IMG/VR virus record: IMGVR_UViG_2657245509_000010
DNA from: a virus
Lineage: Duplodnaviria; Heunggongvirae; Uroviricota; Caudoviricetes
Strand: one strand, 5' to 3'
Length of the DNA: 11,242 nucleotides
Position numbers and translations under genes: made by a program. Below the pieces are notes generated by a model. It did not search any database, was not told where the DNA came from, and saw only the letters and a program-made list of their open reading frames with translations. This document shows positions 7,362 through 11,242 of the stretch, piece by piece; within the stretch, counting starts at the first letter, position 1; each line of letters opens with the position of its first letter.

Positions 7362-7634
7362 ATGGTACATGACCGCATAGCGGAGGAACTGGAGGCGAAA
7401 GGCTTTTACCGGAGGGCGGCGGCGCGATGGGGTGAAGTCATGCAGCTGGTGGAGACAGACAAGGAACGGCATCACATCACGATGCGACGGCTGGAATGTT
7501 CAAGGAAGGCACAGAGGGCACCGGAGCCGCCGGATAATTTCGGAGACCTGAAAAAGGCAGTCGATCGCACTTATGCCGAAATGGGTATAGATGGTGCTGG
7601 TGATGAAATATGGCGCAATTACCAGGACAGCTAA
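7362..7634 (+). CDS. PerC-family transcriptional regulator-like protein (90 aa)
   Basis: 'AEELEAKGFYRRAAARWGEVM' matches the PerC/Pch hallmark (LExKG-W/Y-RRAA-xW). The true start is the ATG at 7362 with SD 'gaggggg'; the longer track ORF (7242-) would overlap ssb. Confidence 0.6.
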   Translation: MVHDRIAEELEAKGFYRRAAARWGEVMQLVETDKERHHITMRRLECSRKAQRAPEPPDNFGDLKKAVDRTYAEMGIDGAGDEIWRNYQDS

Positions 7635-7640
7635 TCAAAC

Positions 7641-7664
7641 AGCCGGAGAAATCCGGCTTTTTTT
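7641..7664 (+). terminator. Rho-independent terminator (GCCGGA-GAAA-TCCGGC then T7)
   Basis: Stem-loop plus T-run directly after the perC-like stop. Confidence 0.8.
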
Positions 7665-7760
7665 GCACCAGTTGAAACGGTATGGCGCATTACCGGGTTT
7701 TCGTCACGGTCAGGCATAGTTACTATCTGAAACAAACAGACACAACAGAGGAAAAAAACA

Positions 7761-7985
7761 ATGCCGATGAAATTTGATGAGATATTAAAACAGCGTGATA
7801 AATACCATGCTGACAACATGGAGACGATGAGCATCAATGATTACCGCGCATTCCTGGAGACGGGCGCACTGATTGAAAAGGATCAGCATGGTTTTGTGAG
7901 ATGTGCTCTATCCGGTGAAATGCTGGCGGTAAATCCTGAACAGATAGATGCATTGATAGAATTTCTGAAAGAGATCAGAGACTGA
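7761..7985 (+). CDS. Hypothetical protein (74 aa), an isolated transcription unit
   Basis: SD 'gagga' upstream; flanked by terminators at 7641-7664 and 8005-8075. Confidence 0.55.
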   Translation: MPMKFDEILKQRDKYHADNMETMSINDYRAFLETGALIEKDQHGFVRCALSGEMLAVNPEQIDALIEFLKEIRD

Positions 7986-8004
7986 GCCAGCACACAGCAC
8001 ACAT

Positions 8005-8027
8005 AGCCGGAGCAATCCGGCTTTTTT
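8005..8027 (+). terminator. Rho-independent terminator (GCCGGA-GCAA-TCCGGC then T6)
   Basis: Variant of the same hairpin as at 7641 and 10278. Confidence 0.75.
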
Positions 8028-8033
8028 GCGCCC

Positions 8034-8075
8034 AAAAAAAGCCCGATAAGGTCAGAGGGTTCTTATCGGGCTTTT
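8034..8075. terminator. Second hairpin, possibly bidirectional (A7, 10-bp stem GCCCGATAAG/CTTATCGGGC, T4)
   Basis: Read directly; A-run upstream and T-run downstream. Confidence 0.6.
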
Positions 8076-8148
8076 GCATATGAGGTTTTTGGATGCACTG
8101 GCGTTCGTGATCGGGATAATCATTTCATAATTTGCAACATAACTCAAT

Positions 8149-8201
8149 ATCATTGCATAAAATGCAATTCTGATTATAATCAGGACTGGATAAACATCCA
8201 G
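8149..8201 (+). promoter_or_regulatory. Putative promoter of the capsid operon (-35 TTGCAT 8153-8158, 16-bp spacer, -10 TATAAT 8175-8180) embedded in three consecutive palindromes
   Basis: Palindromes ATTGCAT-AAA-ATGCAAT, CTGATTATAATCAG (contains the -10) and CTGGAT-AAAC-ATCCAG; first promoter-like signal after the double terminator. Confidence 0.55.
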
Positions 8202-8236
8202 TTATGATTTTTTTAGTCGAAGAGGAATTTCTTACT

Positions 8237-8443
8237 ATGGCTGAAGAGAAAAAAAGCGGTGTTTCGGTGTACATAAGCCCCGAAATCGTGGAGGTGCTCA
8301 AGCAGCGCCACAAAAAAAACTATGAAGCTGGCGTTGCGGCTGGACTGGATCCGCTGATGACGCCGGAGCCGTCGATAGGTTCACTTGTACGCTCTTATTT
8401 ACTTGCGGCGCTTGGGATGCATAAAAATTATGGGGGTGAATAA
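8237..8443 (+). CDS. Hypothetical protein (68 aa) translationally coupled to the major capsid gene (alternative start 8204)
   Basis: Stop and start overlap as TAATG at 8441-8445; position corresponds to where scaffold or head-accessory genes sit in head operons. Confidence 0.5.
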   Translation: MAEEKKSGVSVYISPEIVEVLKQRHKKNYEAGVAAGLDPLMTPEPSIGSLVRSYLLAALGMHKNYGGE

Positions 8444-9498
8444 TGGCAGGCAAAGCAACGGCACTTAACACTAACCAGCTTTTCATGTACCTGAATCGCG
8501 GGGATATTGCGGATTTTAAATTCAGCCCTCTGTTTACCACGCTGTTTTTCCCGAACGTGGCGACATTCAGCACGCAAAACATCATGCTGGATACCCTGGA
8601 CATTGAAGAAGTCACCATGTCGGCGTTTTGTTCGCCTATGGTGGGTAGCCAGGTTCAGCGCGATAAAGGGTACGAAACCAGCACAATCAAACCTGGCTAC
8701 ATGAAGCCAAAGCACGAAATCGATCCAACGAAAACCATCATGCGCATGGCTGGAGAAGATCCGGCACAGCTTAACGACCCTACCTATCGCCGTATGCGCC
8801 TGATTACTGGCAACATGCGCCGCCAGATAAACGCCATTAAGGCACGCGTGGAATGGCTGGCGGTGAATGCGGTAACGACCGGAAAAAACATCATTGAGGG
8901 CGAAGGCATAGAACGCTATGAAATCGACTGGAAAATACCGGAAAACTGCATCATAGAGCAGGCCAAGGGTAAAAAATGGTCCGAGCAGGATAAAGACATG
9001 CACGACCCAATCTATGACATCGAGCTTTATGCTGATCAGGCTGGTTGCCCCGCAAACGTCATGATTATGGGCGCTGAGGTATGGCGCACATTACGCAGCT
9101 TTAAAAAATTCCGTGAGCTGTACGATCTTTCCCGTGGTTCAGAATCCGCCGCCGAACTGGCCTGTAAAAACCTGGGCGAAGTGGTGAGCTTTAAAGGCTA
9201 TCTTGGTGATCTGGCCCTTATCGTCTATTCCGGCAAATACACTGACAGCGATGGTACCGAAAAATATTTCCTTGAGCCTGATTTGCTGGTCCTGGGTAAC
9301 ACCAACAATAAAGGGCTGGTGGCCTATGGTGCGATAATGGATCAGGAAGCGGTAAGAACGGGCGCAACACAAAACATGTTTTACCCGAAAAACTGGATTG
9401 AGGACGGCGATCCGGCGATTGAGTACGTGCAGACACACAGTGCACCGCAGCCGGTACCGGCAGATATTCGCAAATTTGTTACCGTCAAAATTGGTTAA
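8443..9498 (+). CDS. Major capsid protein, lambda gpE-like (HK97 fold family)
   Basis: Blocks 'KFSPLFTTLFF', 'PGYMKPKHEIDP', 'DPTYRRMRL', 'FRSFK', 'YPKNWIEDGDPAIEY' align with lambda gpE 'KFDPLFLRLFF', 'PGYVKPKHEVNP', 'DPAYRRRRI', 'FRSFK', 'YPKNWVTTGDPAREF' (recalled sequence). 351 aa against about 341 aa for gpE. Confidence 0.9.
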   Translation: MAGKATALNTNQLFMYLNRGDIADFKFSPLFTTLFFPNVATFSTQNIMLDTLDIEEVTMSAFCSPMVGSQVQRDKGYETSTIKPGYMKPKHEIDPTKTIMRMAGEDPAQLNDPTYRRMRLITGNMRRQINAIKARVEWLAVNAVTTGKNIIEGEGIERYEIDWKIPENCIIEQAKGKKWSEQDKDMHDPIYDIELYADQAGCPANVMIMGAEVWRTLRSFKKFRELYDLSRGSESAAELACKNLGEVVSFKGYLGDLALIVYSGKYTDSDGTEKYFLEPDLLVLGNTNNKGLVAYGAIMDQEAVRTGATQNMFYPKNWIEDGDPAIEYVQTHSAPQPVPADIRKFVTVKIG

Positions 9499-9510
9499 CG
9501 GGGGGATTCT

Positions 9511-9846
9511 ATGGACACTCCATACATTGAGTTATTTGCAGGCAGTCAGCAGGTATCCACGACGTTGGTACATTTTGCCGCTGATGCTGGCGTTATTCAG
9601 GAATTTACCCCGCTGATGCTGGCAGACAATGGCGAGTTTAAGCCGTGGGATGGTCAGGAATCTGGCAAGGCTGTTTATCTGACCTCGTACCCTGTGGACA
9701 CGTCAAAGCAGAAATCAGCACAGTGTTACAAGACGGGGATATTCAATATTGCCGCCGTTAACTGGCCTGAGAGCGTCGACACCGATGCGAAAAAATGCGC
9801 CGCCTTTGCGGGTTCCGGCGTATCCGTTCAGCCGCTGGCCCGATAA
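9511..9846 (+). CDS. Head decoration protein, lambda gpD-like
   Basis: 'TPLMLADNGEFKPWDG...KKCAAFAGSGVSVQ' aligns with gpD 'TPLMLDTSSRKLVAWDG...KKRTAFAGTAISIV'; 111 aa against 110 aa. Confidence 0.85.
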   Translation: MDTPYIELFAGSQQVSTTLVHFAADAGVIQEFTPLMLADNGEFKPWDGQESGKAVYLTSYPVDTSKQKSAQCYKTGIFNIAAVNWPESVDTDAKKCAAFAGSGVSVQPLAR

Positions 9847-9858
9847 GCAGGGGGAACG

Positions 9859-10272
9859 ATGGCAACGAATGAAAGCATCATGACGCTACCGCTGGCGAGT
9901 AAATTTAAAGTCGAAGCGCGGGCAATGGCTGACAGAGGTTTATCAACCTATGAGGCCGTATATCAACTAAACAAACTGGAAGAGCAGGACAAGCCGTGCG
10001 CTGATGCGATTATGGCGCTTCATGAGCATAAAGACTATCAGCCGCTGTTGCGTGCAATGGCAAACGTGCCTTGTATCGATGTTGGTACGGCTAAAAGCAT
10101 CCTTAGCATGACCATAGAGCAGGAACGTCCGAAGGTTGCGCCGGAACTTACCGCAGCCTTTGAAAACTTTATGGACATGCACAGCCCGCAAGCCGTATCA
10201 GCTGGCATGGCATACGATGGCAGAAACCAGGGCGATGACGGCGACATCGATCGCATACTGAAAACCATCTGA
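9859..10272 (+). CDS. Hypothetical protein (137 aa) between the decoration gene and cos
   Basis: Good SD 'aggggga'; no resemblance to lambda FI/FII by eye. Confidence 0.6.
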   Translation: MATNESIMTLPLASKFKVEARAMADRGLSTYEAVYQLNKLEEQDKPCADAIMALHEHKDYQPLLRAMANVPCIDVGTAKSILSMTIEQERPKVAPELTAAFENFMDMHSPQAVSAGMAYDGRNQGDDGDIDRILKTI

Positions 10273-10277
10273 GACAA

Positions 10278-10300
10278 GGCCGGAGAAATCCGGCTTTTTT
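10278..10300 (+). terminator. Rho-independent terminator (GCCGGA-GAAA-TCCGGC then T6), third copy of the hairpin family
   Basis: Immediately 5' of cos. Confidence 0.8.
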
Positions 10301-10368
10301 ACGGGTCCTTCCTGGAATTATGGCCCGTTACGGGGCGGCGACCTCGCGGATTTTCGCTATTTATGAGC
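10301..10368 (+). other. cos site (cosQ-cosN), lambda-like; predicted 12-nt cohesive end GGGCGGCGACCT at 10333-10344
   Basis: 'acgggtccttcctggaattatggcccgttacg|gggcggcgacct|cgcggattttcgctatttatga' against lambda 'ACGGGTCCTTTCCGGTGATCCGACAGGTTACG|GGGCGGCGACCT|CGCGGGTTTTCGCTATTTATGA' (from memory); located about 135 bp upstream of the Nu1-like gene. Confidence 0.85.
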
Positions 10369-10438
10369 CTTTTCAGGGTGGTGGTGGTGGTTTTGTTGTT
10401 TGATCTATCTTTATGAATGAAAAGGGAAAGATGCAAGC

Positions 10439-10476
10439 AATACACCAACCTGAAGCAGTAATTAAGTTGGTGTATT
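10439..10476 (+). promoter_or_regulatory. 11-bp inverted repeat AATACACCAAC-N16-GTTGGTGTATT abutting the terS start codon; candidate element-specific cosB R sites or translational control hairpin
   Basis: Read directly; sits where lambda has the inverted R2/R1 Nu1-binding sites before Nu1. Confidence 0.5.
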
Positions 10477-10477
10477 A

Positions 10478-11020
10478 ATGAAATCTCATCTGATGAACAA
10501 AAAAAACATGGCGAAAAGCTGCCGTGTAAGTGCGACAGCGTTCGACAAGTGGGGAGTAACTCCCGTTGAGCGTAAAGGCCGTGAGGCGTTTTATGATGTT
10601 GCCAGCGTGATAGAAAATAGGGTTAACAATGCAATTAGCCAGCTTATAAACGACAAAGGCGAGATTGACGATGATGAACTTTTACGAGTCAGGATCAGAT
10701 TACTGACAGCACAGGCAGAGGCGCAGGAACTTAAAAACGATCGCGATCGCGGTGACGTGATTGATACTGAGTTTTGCCTGTACGCGCTTTCAAAGCTGGC
10801 GAGTCAGATTTCATCAATCATGGACAGCCTCCCGCTTACTATGCAAAGGAGCTTCCCACAGATTACCCCCGCCATGCTGGACAGGCTTAAAAGGGAAGTG
10901 GTTAAAGCCTGTAATGCCAGTGCCAGAGTTGCCGACAACCTCCCACAGATACTGGCTGATTACTTGAAAGAAACAACCGGAAACGTACCGGAAAAGTTGC
11001 TACAGAAGAAAGGCGAGTAA
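10478..11020 (+). CDS. Terminase small subunit, lambda Nu1-like
   Basis: 'LTAQAEAQELKNDRDRGDVIDTEFCLYALSKLASQISSIMDSLPLTMQRSFP' aligns with Nu1 'LTRAQADAQELKNARDSAEVVETAFCTFVLSRIAGEIASILDGLPLSVQRRFP'; N-terminus 'NKKNMAKSCRVSATAFDKW' against 'NKKQLADIFGASIRTIQNW'. 180 aa against 181 aa. Start may be the ATG at 10493. Confidence 0.9.
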   Translation: MKSHLMNKKNMAKSCRVSATAFDKWGVTPVERKGREAFYDVASVIENRVNNAISQLINDKGEIDDDELLRVRIRLLTAQAEAQELKNDRDRGDVIDTEFCLYALSKLASQISSIMDSLPLTMQRSFPQITPAMLDRLKREVVKACNASARVADNLPQILADYLKETTGNVPEKLLQKKGE

Positions 11021-11039
11021 CAGACGCGCAATTATTGAA

Positions 11040-11242
11040 CAAAAATGAGAAAGGATCTGATAATGGCATTTTCTGGCTAAAATGCCTCGTGTCAGATCCT
11101 TTCTTTTTTTAATATTTTCATTGTTAAACAGTCTGTTACAGAGAAGAAGATCGGATCTGACTTTTGCCGGAAAATTCTCATAAACAGATAAAAACCGCGA
11201 GGTCGCCGCCCCGTAACGGGCCATAATTCCAGGAAGGACCCG
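11040..11242 (-). other. Second cos site in inverted orientation (cosN reverse complement at 11200-11211) with a full-length lambda-like cosB arm; cosQ part is the terminal repeat
   Basis: Reverse complement reads 'cgggtccttcctggaattatggcccgttacg|gggcggcgacct|cgcggtttttatctgtttatgagaattttccgg...tcttcttc...', tracking the lambda left end 'CGCGGGTTTTCGCTATTTATGAAAATTTTCCGG...TTCTTCTTCG' further than the 10301 cos does. Confidence 0.8.
11048..11110. terminator. Nested inverted repeat AGAAAGGATCTGA...TCAGATCCTTTCT followed by T7; likely terS terminator and, on the other strand, lambda-like cosB R2/R1-type sites
   Basis: 13-bp arms at 11048-11060 and 11093-11105 with an inner GGCATTTT/AAAATGCC hairpin; the reverse complement aligns with the lambda cosB region 'GAAAAGAAAGGAAACGACAGG...CCTCTGTCGTTTCCTTTCT'. 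Confidence 0.6.

Noticed and set aside
7242-7634. 130-aa version of the PerC-like ORF
   Set aside because: The N-terminal 40 codons overlap ssb in another frame; the ATG at 7362 with SD 'gaggggg' directly after the ssb stop is the better start.
8428-9003. 191-aa minus-strand ORF
   Set aside because: Antisense to the gpE-like capsid gene, which has strong homology support.
1-11242. CRISPR array, tRNA or rRNA genes, IS elements or transposase
   Set aside because: No regularly spaced direct repeats with unique spacers, no tRNA-like T-arm or acceptor signatures, and no transposase-like ORF or terminal inverted repeats other than the cos pair were seen.

Overview
The window reads as a complete or near-complete phage-satellite-like mobile element of about 11.2 kb (PICI/P4-like backbone) that carries a partial lambda-type head and packaging kit. 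Nothing here was searched against a database: all homology calls are from reading the translated ORFs and from recalled lambda sequences. Nearly all genes are on the + strand. In order: a hypothetical gene (66-347); a ~750-bp non-coding region with duplicated 'GGTGTAGTTAAT' repeats (attP-like); a tyrosine integrase with an arm-binding N-terminus (1121-2350); an AlpA-family regulator/excisionase (2715-2903); a divergently transcribed Arc-type ribbon-helix-helix repressor that the ORF track missed (3404-3577, minus strand) with two GGTAATTACC operator palindromes; an operon of an Icd-like protein, four hypothetical proteins and a RepA/DnaB-like replication ATPase (3708-6492); an AAGTGAG iteron array (putative ori); an SSB and a PerC-family regulator; an insulated orphan gene; then a promoter with three palindromes driving a small ORF, a lambda gpE-like major capsid protein (8443-9498), a gpD-like decoration protein (9511-9846) and a 137-aa unknown. 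The window ends with a lambda-like cos site (cosQ-cosN, 10301-10368), a Nu1-like small terminase (10478-11020) and a second, inverted, more lambda-like cos (about 11040-11242). The first 32 bp of the window are identical to the last 32 bp, so the record is either a circular molecule with overlapping ends or an element bounded by direct repeats. I found no portal, protease, scaffold, large terminase, tail or lysis genes, and no tRNA, rRNA or CRISPR array. The main hypothesis is a satellite that encodes its own lambda-type capsid shell, decoration protein, TerS and cos, and takes the rest from a lambdoid helper.
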